Shown here: positions 13,283 to 25,556 of the stretch, piece by piece
How the letters are laid out: the number at the start of each line of letters is the position of its first letter
Position numbering within the stretch: the first letter of the stretch is position 1
Source: Hyaloraphidium curvatum SAG 235-1
Lineage: Eukaryota > Fungi > Monoblepharomycota
Assembly: GCA_025558095.1 (NCBI GenBank)
Contig: JAIVFI010000004.1
Coordinates: forward strand, 496,001-560,000
DNA: 64,000 nucleotides
Reading direction: 5' to 3'
Translations under genes and position numbers: made by a program
The notes under the pieces: generated by a model
What the model was told of the DNA's origin: nothing
Databases searched by the model: none
Seen by the model: the letters and a program-made list of their open reading frames with translations, nothing else

Positions 13283-16200
13283 ATGTCGCTCTCGTTCGGA
13301 CCCACATGGTAAGCTTGCGGCGGATGCAGAACGATGCGCTCGGGTACCGTCCGCGGCAGCGGGCTTCGTGGTGGCCGGGTGCGGCACCGTGTCTTCCCCG
13401 GTTTTGTTGGTCCTTTCCGAAGAGCTTCCGGCACTGATGCGCGCTCTCGGCAGGATGAGGAAAGCTCCGGTTCCCGGCTCGAGAGAAGCATCGGACACGG
13501 CGGGCCCGCCCAATCCGTGGAGCGCGGGGAGCGGTCTCAACAAGGGGAGCGTTTCGCCGACGAAGCACGCGTCGGGTGCTGCAGGGTCTGCACCGCCGCC
13601 CTGGTCGCGGGCGCCGAGGGAAGCCCATCAGGCCCCGCCGATTGCGAACGGCGTGCTGGAAGGGGGCTCTGCGGACGGACCGGAGCCGCTGTCGAAGGAG
13701 CCGCGCAGGTACCCGCGGGAGTTTCTTCTGAAGTTCTACGACCCGTCTCGGCCGGCACCGGAGGGCATGGAGAGGATGGAAGCTATCCTTGCCGAGCAGG
13801 AGCAAGAGGCGAAAGTAGGCATTGGGCCGGGCCCCTCTGCCGAACAGCTGGTAACTGTCTGCCTCCCACAATAGCAAGCTGCTGCGGAAGGCCGAAGGTA
13901 TCCGCGGGAAGGAAGCTTCAGCAGCACCAGGGGCGATCGCGACAAAGAGTTCGGGGCCAGATCCATGCCTCGCGGATTCGGTCGTCCCTCGGAGAGGCGT
14001 AAGTGTCGTCTGTGCTGCTTCGGCGGTCGCACTCGTTCACTTCCGACTCAGAAGGCGAAGACGACGGCTCGGGCTACCGACGTGGCAATGCACGAGACTC
14101 GGATCTGTGGGATACGCCAACTGCCGGATCCGGAGGCGGTAGCTTTGGCACGGATGGTGCTTTCAAGGCCCCGGGCTCCATCGGTTCCGAAAAAGCTGCC
14201 CCTTGGTCTATGAAGTCTCACGATGCCGGAGCGGCCAAGCTCGAAGCAGATAGGGAAGCTTTCCGTCAGCAAGCATCGAAGGCGAGTTTCTGTTTGCGAA
14301 ACTAGATTGGGTCGCTGAGGCTTCGAAACAGGCCGGTTCGCCGGGCGAGAAGGTTGCTATACCGTTGCCAACGTCGCCTACGAGGAAGTATGCAGGGGAA
14401 CCCGGCCAGCTGTCGGCTGCAGAGCCGAGTCCGAGCACGGACCGCGCACGGATCGTTGCTGCGGGGACGTCTGATCAGGGCATCCAGGCTCCTGTTGCAG
14501 TGTCGACTGTGGAGCAAGGAGGCCCACCGCCTCTTCCGGCCGATCAGTTGACGGATATGTTTGCTCGCGTCTCTCTTCCTGTCACGACATCGGCCGGGTT
14601 CGGACTGGCGCCTAGCGGTACCGCAAGAACCTCCGCGCTTACCACGGATATTCTGGCGTCGGATCCCCTGATGGGACTCGGCGGAATGCGATCAGCGCAG
14701 TTCCCTGGAGCTGGCGGCACTTTCGGTGCCCTTGAAACGCCCGGCATGCGGTCCGCGGCGTCCATGCAGTTCGGTGGCGTTGGAACGGACCTGCGTGGAC
14801 TTGGTGGTATCGGCGGTATCGGTTCCTTGGGCGCGGTGGACCTTTCTTTTGGGAATCCCGGGAGCCGAACTGTCGCGGAGCAACGGGCGGGCATGGTGAC
14901 GCAGATGCCGACTGTGCCGGCCCCCTTTGCGGTGCCTCGCCCGGAGATCGCGCCCCCCAAATGGGTCTACAGAGATCCTCAGGGACAAATTCAAGGTGCG
15001 TTGGCGAATGTGCTGTCTTAATGTTCGAGCTCACAGACTCTTCCTTCCATGCAGGGCCTTTCTCGCATCTCGAGATGCAGGAATGGTACAGCAACGGTTA
15101 CTTCGATCTGGCACTACCCATCAAGCATGCCGATGCGCCCGGTTTCGAGCCTTTGGCCCGTTTCCTCCAGCGGTACGGTGAAGTGACTCCGTTCAAGGAC
15201 GAAGCGGATGAATTCGTTCGCCGGGTGAGTTGGGTTTACCGATTGCTGTTCGTTTGCTGACCCTCTGCTCTGTCAAAGGTGCAAGCACAGCGTACCTTGG
15301 TGCCTGCGACAACCTTGGCAGGTCCGGCCGATTCTTTGTTCAATCCGTTTGGTGCCAACTCGATCGGAACGGGCCAACCTACCGTGTTGGATCAGTTGTC
15401 CGCGAATCGCGGGGTCGGGCTGCTGCAAAACCCGATGCACCCTGGAATCGGACTGCCAAACGCCTTGGGGCCGATGTCGACCGTCGGTGCAGCCGGTGTG
15501 TCCGCGCGCGCCTGGCCCGACGCAGCGCTCGGATCGCCCATCGCGCACACGGCGGCCGGCTGGCCGCCGGCGAACCTTGCGGGCAATCAGGTCGCGGACT
15601 TGGCTGCTCTTGCTGCCTCTGGTGCGCTCAGTCAGGACGCACTGCTTCTTCTGTTGCAGCAGCTTCAACAGCAGCAGCAGCTCATCGACCAGCTCAAGCA
15701 GCAGGAACTGCAGCAACGCCAGGCGACCTCGACGCCGGGAATTGAGACGCTCACCCCCGCGCCTGCTCCGCAAAAGACGGAGGAAGTCGGTGCCGGTGGT
15801 CCGACTTTCAGCCTCTTTGGCGAGAGCGCCCCGGTTGCGCCGATTCAGGCAATCGCCGCCGCCGGTGAAGCCGAGCTCCTCCGCCCTGGTTCCCCCGTCG
15901 AAGTTCCCGAGATCAAAGAGGCTTCTGGAGCCGTCACCAGCCAACCCGCTGCTTCGGCTGCGCCGGTGACGGAGTCGGGGATTGGCGCAGATGTCGACCA
16001 AGCACCGAGCGTGATTGCTGCAGGCCAAAGCAGAACCCAGGCCGCGGTCGATGCTGTTCCGGGAGACAAGGACAAGAAGAGGCCCTCGGGCAGTAAGAAG
16101 AAGTCCGCCACCCCTTCTGCGCAGGCTGTGGAAGCGGGGAAGGCCGCGGAACTTGCCGCCAACGAATCGGTGCAACTGGACGACGAATCCAAGAAGGCAC

Positions 16201-17227
16201 CGTGGGACGCGAAGCAGGGGCCGACGACCCCCAGCCTGAAGGAAATCCAGGAGATGGAGGAGAAGGAGAGGGAAAAGCAGCGCAAGCGCAAGGAGCAGGT
16301 TTCGAAAGCGCAGCTTGCGGAGGAGGTCGCGAAGGCCCAGGCGGAACAGGAAGCCGCCGCGGCGGTAGCCGCCAGGCTTCAGCAGTCGCAGGCGGCTTGG
16401 ACGGCGCCGAGAGGCAAGAAGCTCTCCATGGCAGAAATCATGGCGGAGGAGGAACGGCGAGAGAAGGAGCGGAAGGCGAAGCTTGAGGCGCAGCGCTCGG
16501 CTGCGGCCCAGTCCGGCCTGGCGCCGGAAACGTGGTCGACCACGCGCCGTTTTGCTGACGCTGTTGGCGCGCCTGCGCCGGGGCCGGCAGGAGCATGGAG
16601 CGGAGTTCGCCCCATGAGCATTCCCGGGGCCGCGGTGGTGCGGCCTGCGGTTGTCATCCCTCAGGCTCCCGCCGCCAAGGCGGGCCCGGCGACGCCCGGC
16701 CCGCCGCCCCAGGGCACCCCGACCGATCAGTCGCAGAGCGACTGGCAAGTTGTCGGAAAGGCGGCCGGAGCTCAGCCCTCTGCAAAGACTGGCCCAGCTG
16801 GCGGCGTTTCGGCCCCTGCATCTCGGCCTGGGAACGCCGGGGCCGCGAAGGAGAAGGAGAAAGGGCCTTCGGAGGAGTTCATGAAGTGGTGCCGGACGGC
16901 TCTGAAGCCGCTCATGTCCGGCGGCCCGGTGAACGGTGGGATCCTTGCCGCCTGATGGCTGTCTGGGCGCCGCTGACGTGTTCCCGTGCAGCCGACGAGT
17001 TTGTCGCCATGCTCCTTTCCTTCTCCGTCAACGACACCGCCACGGTTACCATGGTCTGCGAGGACACTCTGGGTTTCACAACCGCCATCGACCCGCGGAA
17101 GTTCGCCGCGGAATTTATCAGCCGGCGCAAAGCAGATGTCGGCATGGCGCCAGCAGCCAAGTCCGGGACCGGCCTCGAGGGGTTTGAAACCGTCGGACGT
17201 GCGCAGAAAGGCAGCAAGAAGAAGTGA
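13283..17227 (+). CDS. GYF-domain protein (GIGYF/Smy2/Syh1 family), multi-exon
   Basis: Spliced N-terminus MSLSFGPTW-MRK (compare the GIGYF FGPEW motif) and RRYPREFLLKFY (YxxxxLL-like 4E-binding motif). The GYF domain [28 protein letters not shown] is followed by SLKEIQEME, EFMKWC and FAAEFISRRK. Confidence 0.85.
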
Positions 17228-17268
17228 TCTCTGATGTATTGAGGAGATCAATTTCATCCATTGGCGAC

Positions 17269-19921
17269 TCAGCGGCCGCTTTGGATCGTGATTTGGAGGT
17301 TGAAAAAGGAGCACCAGAGCATGAGGAACATCCCTGAAGCCGCCAGGACAGCCCGCACCACGAACAGAGGCAGAATCTCGGAAGCCGGGATCGTTATCTC
17401 TCCCTTGCTCCGTCGTTGGATCCACGCCAGGGTACCCATTACAAGCTGGGTCAGAAGGGGAATTGCAAAGAACTGGGCGAACGTCGACGGGAGAGCTACC
17501 ATCCTCATGAAGAAGGGGAGGCGATTGCTTCCGAGCGTGAGGAAGTACGCCGGCCCCAGGGAACGTATCAGGGCAAAGGCGCCAACGAATGCAGTGTTCA
17601 TCAATGCAAGCCCTGCTGCGAGCTGCGGCACGTATTCGTTGTCGTAGGGATTCGAAGCCGGATCAACCGGGTCCGGTCCCGGACCTGCCGGTCTTTGGGC
17701 CTCCGGTGCGGGCTGCGGGGGTTCGGCGGGGCGGTCTTCGGCAACTTTCGTCGGCGCTTTCCTCCGGCGAGCGCTGCCGGCTCCATCGACAGCGGTGGAG
17801 CTCCCGGTGGCATCCGTGGTCCCGCCGGCCAGCTCCGATTCCGTCTCCTTCTTCTCGTCCGCGGCCGCTGCGCCCTTGCGCCGCGCCCACCATCGCACGA
17901 TCCCGGGGAGTGCAAACGCGGCATAGGCTACTTGTAAACCAAGCGCGGGAAGCACGAGCGAGCTGATGGTGCCGTAGTTTTCGTAAAACGACGGCCGGTC
18001 GTACGTGGCAAAAGCGCTGAAACCCTGGTCAAAGAAGATGTACCGAACTGTGCCGTTGGCTGCCCGACCGAAAGCGACGCGAGGATCATTCCGCAGAAGC
18101 TGCGCCGACAGGTCCGCATCGAAAGCCGCGCCAGGTTCCCGCGGCACGACCCGGAAAAGATCCTTTGCTCCTTCCTCATCGACAGGCACCAGCTTCACTG
18201 CCGTCGATGCCCATCCAAGGTTCGACAAAGCGCTCCCCGTCATGTCCTCCAGAACCAGCGAATCGCCCTCCGCCACCACGCGCACTTGCCGCCGCAGCTG
18301 CATATCGAGCAGGAGATACTCCACGTTCATGTACGCGCGCCGTGCATGGGCAAACACGCCTTCGAATTCGTGCAGGTTGATGTTTTCGGGCGGAGCGCTT
18401 TGGGGAGGAATGGCCCTGCCAGAGGCAATCGAAGGATCCACAAAGCGCTGGAGGAAGCTCGCCACCACGTTGTACTTGAATGCACCTTCCGCACTTGAGG
18501 GGAAGCAAGAAGTCAGAGGACCATCGCAATCCTCGCCACGTACTCACTCTGTTGCCTCCACTCGAGGAATGTTGAAAAAGAGCCCGACGTTCTTCTCGGG
18601 CACAATGCCGCAGAACGATTTTGCGTACAAGTAGTCTCCGGCATGAGAAACAAGCGTAGCGTCGTCGGAAATCTCAAACAGCTGCCAAGACAGGCCGGCA
18701 GAAGCCCGCAGACCAGGGTGATTGCGGAAGTGCGGCCGCCGCATGAGCTCGACATCATCCTGCGGTAGAACACCGTTCGCGGCAGGCGGTGCAAGGTGGA
18801 AAGTCATGTACTTGGCCATGTCGGCAGCGGTGCTGAAGACATGGGGTCGCGTCAGGCTTGCTGGGTTTTGGCCCCAGCGACAACCCACGTAACAACGTTG
18901 CCTGCGGCCACGGCCCGCAAGTGGATCGAAGGGGTCAAGCTCCACCCGTCTTCTTGCCGAATGTGGCCCCGAGCAAGCGCAAGTTTGCCGGCCGCCAGCT
19001 TCTTGGCCACGGGATCCTCGGCATTCTCAGGGAGCATGGTTGTATCCGCCATATCCAGAGGATCGAAAACCACGCGCCGCACGTAATCGGGAAACGACTC
19101 GTTGTGGAGCAGTTTTTCCGTCGCCAAAGCAGCCAGAGCGATGCCTGGATAATGGGTTGGTACTGCGCATCCCGTCCGTTAGAACAGAATGCTCCCACCA
19201 TGGTTGGAATAGGCATACGCTTCCTTGGGGTGCCGCACGCGGCTGGGGAACGGTTCGAACGCCTCAATCTCGTTCGCCTAGCCGCAGGCGAGCGCGAATA
19301 GGACGCAATCAGTCAAACTCGGGAGAATAGGCAGCAGTCGCACCTGACTGGGATCACGGGCAAACAACCCCATCAGTTTGTCTTCAAACCCAGCAGAGTG
19401 GGTCAGAAGGTCCACAAAGGTCACGGGCCCCGAAGGGACGTAGGAGTAGACCGGTTTGCCGTCGATGCTGACGTCGTTGGAGACGATCGGCGGGACGTCG
19501 GCGTCGAGGTCCCAGATGATGCCGTCTCGGCGGGCCCGCATGATCGCGGTTCCCGTCATCGTCTTGCTTATCGACGCGATGTTGACCAGGGTAGTCTTCG
19601 GGTCGAATGGTGTCTTTGCCACCGCGTCCGAGTAGCCGACGCTGGAAGTTGCGCCGCCAGGTCACCCGAGTCCTGGGCACGTTGGAAACCCAGAAAGACC
19701 ACATACCCGCCCAAGTAGACTGTCTTTCCGCCACTGACGATGGCGATAGCGGCGCCGGGGATCTCTCCCCTCTTGAACGCGGCCCCGAACGTCTCCTCGA
19801 CATACTCCTTCGCGCTCTCCGGTGTGAGAGGCCGCGCTTCCCGCGCGAACGCGACATTTCCGGCGAGGAGCAGCAGGAAGATGGCGGCCATGCCGACGAG
19901 GCGGCCATGGAGCTGCGCCAT
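17269..19921 (-). CDS. Secreted/membrane-anchored serine beta-lactamase-like (class C/PBP-fold) hydrolase with C-terminal TM helices, multi-exon
   Basis: Signal peptide (MAAIFLLLLAGNVAFA), SxxK motif (IASISK), LLTHSAG, YSN (AYAYSNHG-IALA after splicing), SHAGD triad and a hydrophobic C-terminus. Confidence 0.8.
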
Positions 19922-20322
19922 GGTTATCGCTTTGTGGCCCGGACGCGTGCCTCCCACGCGGCCTTTTGTCCTCCGTCCATGTTTGCCCCTGCAATCGTTG
20001 CCCCTCTGGCCGCCCTCACCGGCCGTCTGGTTGAAACCTGTGAGAGACCTATGAGAGGCCTTTGCAGATGTGCTTTGGCTCTGCGACCTTTAGCCAGCAC
20101 GGCCACGGAAGATCGGTGACGTGCCCGATCACGACAGGAGTGCTGCCCTAGCTCAACTCCAAGCCGGACGATCTGTTTCTTTTGAATTCTTTTGGCATGG
20201 AAAGAAGGCGGTGCTTCAGTCCGAGGGACAAGATCGCGGTCTTCACACTTGCCACTGACAGATCAACAGTGGACCACAGGGACCATTAGAGAAGTCCGAG
20301 CTCGCGGCGGGCTTAGCCCCTC

Positions 20323-22119
20323 ATGGAGAGTGGCGAAAGCGCGACTGCAAATGGAGAATTTGACGCACGGGGGAGCCCCAACGAAACGACTCCGCTGGTG
20401 GGAGACACGCAGTCGGAGTGCTCAGACTCGGACAGTTCCAGGGATGAATCTGCCGCAGAGGAGACCCGGGAGCTCCTGTCCTTCACGTTGCCCGTCAGCG
20501 CTGCTTACCTGCTCAGTTATTTGGCGCAGGCGACGTCTATGGTATTCCTCGGACATTTGGGGGCGATGGAGCTTGCCGCCGGCTGTTTGGCAATCACCTT
20601 CGGAAACGTGGCCGGTTTCTCCATGTTGATCGGCCTCGCGACCGCTGCGGACACGCTATGCGCGCAGGCGTGGACGATGAAATCGGACGATCCGCATGCC
20701 GTCGGGGAGATCCTCCAACAGTCGCTGCTCGTCATGTTCGTGGCCTGCGTCCCGACTTGCCTCGCCTTCTGGTTCGCAGGGCCGATCCTGCTGGCCCTCG
20801 GCCAGGACAAAGATGTCGTGGCGCTCGCATCGGAGTTTCTTAGGATTCTGATCCCGGCTGTGCCGGCTTTCGGGGCCTTCGAATCGATCAAGAGGTTTCT
20901 GCAATCGCAAGGCGTCGCTTCTGCCTATACGGCGGTCATCTTTGCCACCACAATCCTGAACGTGCCCTTGACGTACGTGCTCGTGTGGCGGGCTTTGGGC
21001 TTCGTCGGGGCACCCATAGCGATAGCCGCCGTCGCCTGGGCTAATCTGCTGCTGATCCTCCTCTACGCCCGGTTCGTGGACGGCGCGCAGGGATTCGGCG
21101 GATGGTCGCGGGAGGCGGTGCGGTGGAGGGCCCTCAAGGCCTATCTGAAGCTGGCGCTTCCCGGCGTCCTACAGGTGGCCTCGGAGTGGTGGACCTTCGA
21201 GGTGCTGGCCATCATGGCCGGTCTATTGGGAAGCAGGGAACTCGCGGTGCAGAGCGTCGTCACGACCATAACGTCCTTGATATTCATGCTGCCGCTTGGA
21301 CTCAGCGTCTCGACGACCACTCGGGTTGCGCAGAAGCTCGGGGCGAACCGACCGCAGAGAAGCCAGATGGCGTCCCTCTGCGGCCTGGGTCTCGGATCCG
21401 CATTCGGACTGGTCGCCATGGCCGTGCTGCTCGTGTTCAGGCATCAGCTGGGCGGCCTTCTTACCTCCGATCCCGATGTCATTGCGGCGGTCGGCGATGT
21501 GCTGTTGGTTGCCGCCTTTTACGAGCTCGCTGACGCCATCAACTGCGTGGCAGCCGGTGTCCTTCGCGGCGTCGCTGCGACCGGATACGCAGCTGCGGCC
21601 GCCTTTGTCGGCTACTACGTCGTCGGGCTGCCTCTCTCGGGCGTGCTGGCATTCGGGCCCCCGGCATTGGGGCTCCGCGGGATATGGATCGGGATTACGG
21701 GAGGGATTGCCCTTTCCATGACGCTGCAGCTTGCCGCCATCTCGACGATCGACTTTGAGGCCGAGGTTCTGCGGACCAAGAAGCGGCTTTTGGTTGGGGA
21801 GAAGCCGTCCGCCCTCTTCAGCCCGGGTTTGGGCTCGACCATCCTCCGCAACGGCCACTCGGGCTTTTCCGCGGACCTGAACTTCACCTTCCGATCCCAG
21901 GCGAGCATCGACGAAATTGCAGCGGCCGCGGCGGCGGCGTTCCGCGACCCGGGCGCGCCGTCGATTCGCATCACCCGCACCGAGCCTGTGCCGACGGACC
22001 GGATTCTGACACGGACGGCGGCTTCAAGATTCACGGCGTCGCCGCTCGTGTCGCCGACGCTCTTTGGGTGGGCATCCTTCAAGAGCAGGATGGAGGCGGG
22101 GGCGCCGAATGACGTGTAA
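20323..22119 (+). CDS. MATE family efflux transporter, intronless
   Basis: 598-aa ORF with 12 predicted TM stretches and MATE motifs GHLGAMELAA, DTLCAQA, LKLALPG...EWWTFE and GLRGIWIG. Confidence 0.92.
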   Translation: MESGESATANGEFDARGSPNETTPLVGDTQSECSDSDSSRDESAAEETRELLSFTLPVSAAYLLSYLAQATSMVFLGHLGAMELAAGCLAITFGNVAGFSMLIGLATAADTLCAQAWTMKSDDPHAVGEILQQSLLVMFVACVPTCLAFWFAGPILLALGQDKDVVALASEFLRILIPAVPAFGAFESIKRFLQSQGVASAYTAVIFATTILNVPLTYVLVWRALGFVGAPIAIAAVAWANLLLILLYARFVDGAQGFGGWSREAVRWRALKAYLKLALPGVLQVASEWWTFEVLAIMAGLLGSRELAVQSVVTTITSLIFMLPLGLSVSTTTRVAQKLGANRPQRSQMASLCGLGLGSAFGLVAMAVLLVFRHQLGGLLTSDPDVIAAVGDVLLVAAFYELADAINCVAAGVLRGVAATGYAAAAAFVGYYVVGLPLSGVLAFGPPALGLRGIWIGITGGIALSMTLQLAAISTIDFEAEVLRTKKRLLVGEKPSALFSPGLGSTILRNGHSGFSADLNFTFRSQASIDEIAAAAAAAFRDPGAPSIRITRTEPVPTDRILTRTAASRFTASPLVSPTLFGWASFKSRMEAGAPNDV

Positions 22120-22924
22120 ATCCATCCAAAAGAACACTATGTCACCCGCGCTCAATGATCGGGACCGTTGCTCTTCGAATGGATTTGGGGCCCGCTCTCT
22201 AGGTCCACTAGCGAACGAGCGGCGCCAGGGGAGACATGCCGCGTGTCAGGGACGGACCGACAGGGGATCGACACGCCGCTGCATCAGGCCCCGAAGTGGT
22301 TACCTCCCGTCTTGTGCTTCATGTACAAGTGTCGTGATGGGCCGGAAAGTCGGCCCCGATCTCGTTTCTCGTTCTCCGATCTGACTCGACTGCAAGCGGC
22401 AACGCGGAAGGTGCCGATTCCCGGTGCGGGCTTGGCCCGAACTGCCCCGCCTAGATGTGCATTAATCAGAGTCGCCCCGAATAACACCGTGGCGTCTTTC
22501 CTAGTGGAAGTGGATCGGCGGGGAACGACCGGAAGGATGTTTCGAATCGGGCCGGCCATGTTGCCGAAGGCCCTTTTTCGTTCCCATCATCACGTGTTTC
22601 TCCTTCACACGGTGTTCTCGCCATCCCGACGCCCTCACAGGTTCGTGTCCGCCCCGCGGGGAGTGGTGCGGCTACGTGAAGTACGGCAGCGCGGGGCGTC
22701 ATCGGGGGAAGGGCCGCAACGGCCTGCGGGCTGCTCCCCGAGGCTCCGCGGTCCGGCCCGGCCGGCTGCTTGTCCGCCGTTCAACGCGTTCGCCCCGCCT
22801 TGGGCGTGCGGCTTTCGGTGCAGGCCGGCTGCCTTGTGCTCTGCGTGCCGCGCCGCCGTGTTGCGGCTTGCCCCGCCCCGTTGCGACCGGTGCCTGACCA
22901 TCCCGTAGAGAACTCGCATCGAAG

Positions 22925-25311
22925 ATGTCGACCCAGGTCATCGTCGTCGGCGGCGGTCTCGCCGGCCTTTCGGCCGCCCACACCGTCATTGAGCGCGGCG
23001 GCAACGTCGTCGTGCTCGAGAAGAACCCCTTCCTGGGCGGCAACTCGACCAAGGCCACCTCGGGCATGAACGGCGCCCTGACCAAGACCCAGATCAAGCT
23101 GGGCATCCCCGTGCGTGGCGCCGCACCGCTCGGTCGCCGGCAGGTGCCCTGACGCGCCGGCATCCGCCCCGCAGGATTCGGTGGACATCTTCTACGAGGA
23201 CTCGGCCCGCTCGGCCCGCGACCTCATCGTCCCCGAGCTCACCAAGGTGTTGACCTACAACTCGGCCTCGGCCGTCGAGTGGGTCAACGAGAAGTTCGGC
23301 GTCGACCTCAGCCTGGTGTCGCGTCTCGGCGGCCACTCGCAGCCCCGCACGGTGAGCCTGCGGAACTCCGATCGGGCACCCCCGGACGGTCCCGGCTCAT
23401 ACAGGATGCTTTCCCCAGCACCGCGGCAAGGAAAAGTTCCCCGGCATGACCATCACGTACGCTCTGATGGAGAAGCTCGAGGACCTGGCCATCTCGCACC
23501 CCAAGAACGTGCGCATCATCAAGAAGGCCAAGGTCACCCGCCTCCTCCAGGACGCCGCCGGCAAGGAGGTCATCGGCTGCGAGTACGAGCACGACGGCAA
23601 GCTCTTCTCGGAGTACGGACCCGTCGTCCTGGCCACCGGTGGCTACGCCGCCGACTTTACCGCGGACTCGCTCCTCAAGAAGTACCGGTGCGTGCGACGC
23701 GGTTGGGCGCAGATGGATGCGTGAGATGCTTACCTTCGTGTTGTCTGAAGCCCCGACATCTACGACCTGCCCACCACCAACGGCGACCACTCGACCGGTG
23801 ACGGTATCAAGATGGCCCTCGCCCTCGGCGCCAACACCATCCACATGGAGAAGGTGCAGGTGCACCCCACGGGTCTCGTCGATCCCCAGGAGCCCGACGC
23901 CAAGGTCAAGTTCCTGGCTGCCGAGGCGCTCCGCGGTGTCGGCGGTATCCTGCTCAACAAGGAGGGCAAGCGCTTCTGCGACGAGCTCGGCCACCGCGAC
24001 TACGTGACGGGCGAGATCTGGAAGACCCCCGGCCCCCACCGCCTCGTGCTCAACGGCGCCGCCGGCCGCGAGATCGAGTGGCACGTCAAGCACTACCGCG
24101 GCCGCGGGCTGATGAAGTCGTACTCGTCGGGCGCCGAGCTCGCCAAGGACATGGGCATCTCCCCCAAGACTTTGGAAGAGACCTTTAACGCGTATAACGA
24201 GGTGGCTGCTTCCAAGAAGGACCCCTACGGCAAGAAGTTCTTCCACAAGTGCGTTATTCGCTTGTTTGTTTGATTGCTTCGAGATCTGACACTCCACCCC
24301 CCCCTTTCTCCTCCTTTCTTCGCTTTAGTGTTCCTTTCAAGATGGACGATGAATTCTGGGTTGCGCACATTACGCCCGTGCTGCACTTCACGATGGGCGG
24401 CCTCCAGATCGACGACCAGTGCGACGTCATCTCGTCGGCCGGCGCCACGATCCCCGGCCTGTTTGCCTGCGGCGAGCTCGGCGGAGGCGTGCACGGCGCC
24501 AACCGTCTCGGCGGCTCTTCGCTGCTCGGCTGCGTCGTTTTCGGCCGCGTCGCCGGTGACACGTGGGTGTCGGGCGGGGTGGGGCGAACCGATCCCTTGG
24601 CTGACAACGTTTCGATTCTCCATCGCGCGCTTTTTCTTCCGTCGCATTCATGCAGCGCCTCGCGCTACCTCTTCTCGCGCCTGTCGTCGTCGCAGGTCGC
24701 GACCGCCCGTGTCGGCCAGGTCGCCAACCAGCTCGGCGGCATGAAGCTCAACGTCGTGCCCAGCGCCAACGGCCTGCAGCTCGAGATCACCTGGGGCGGC
24801 GACGCCATCAGCGTGCCCGCGCCCCTGCCCGCCGCCGCGCCCGCGCCCGCCGCCGCCCCCGAGCCGGCCGCCCCCAAGGTCGACCGCAGCAAGGTCTACA
24901 CCTACGAGGAGGTCGCCAAGCACAACACCGAGCAGGACTGCTGGGTCGTCGTCAACGGTGCGTTGACGACAGGAGGGCAAATTGGTTGTTGTTTCGGTGA
25001 CTGACGTCCGGGCTTTCAGGCGAGGTCCTCAACGCCACGCCCTTCCTCGGCGACCACCCCGGCGGCAAGAAGGCCATCCTGCTCTACGCCGGCAAGGAGG
25101 CTTCGGAGGAGTTCAACATTTACGTATACATGTTTGCGCTGCTCCGTTCGGTCGCTGACTCGTTCCGTCTTGCAGGCTGCACAAGCCCGACGTCGTCGAG
25201 AAGTACGCTCCCCACATCATCATCGGCAAGAGTGGGTTGCTCTGACTGCCTGGCTGCTCAATCGTGCTGACCGCTTGTCGCGTTTCAGTCGACCCCGCCT
25301 CCAAGAAGTGA
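22925..25311 (+). CDS. OSM1: Soluble fumarate reductase (Osm1/Frd1, flavocytochrome c family) fused to a C-terminal cytochrome b5 domain, multi-exon
   Basis: VIVVGGGLAG, GGNSTKATSG, RLGGHSQPRT, VQVHPTG, EALRG, HFTMGG and GVHGANRLGGSSL. The cyt b5 part shows EEVAKHN..DCWVVVNG, HPGG and FNMLH. Confidence 0.92.
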
Positions 25312-25556
25312 AGTCGGATCGGCAATCTGTTGATCTTTCGAGGGTTGAGGGTTGAAGGTGCAAGTCTGCAAGTCTTCAAAGTGGACTCAACTGTCCGAAA
25401 TACATAGTTGAATCGCTGATTTGCCGGTTTGGAAACTGCGGGGCTGTCGGTCCGAAAGTCGGTGGGTGATGAGTGGGCGGGCGGCACGTTTTCCCGAGAG
25501 GCGCACTCCGCGTTCCGGAGCCGGTGCCCGGCGGCAAAGGGGGCGCCTTTTCGGAA

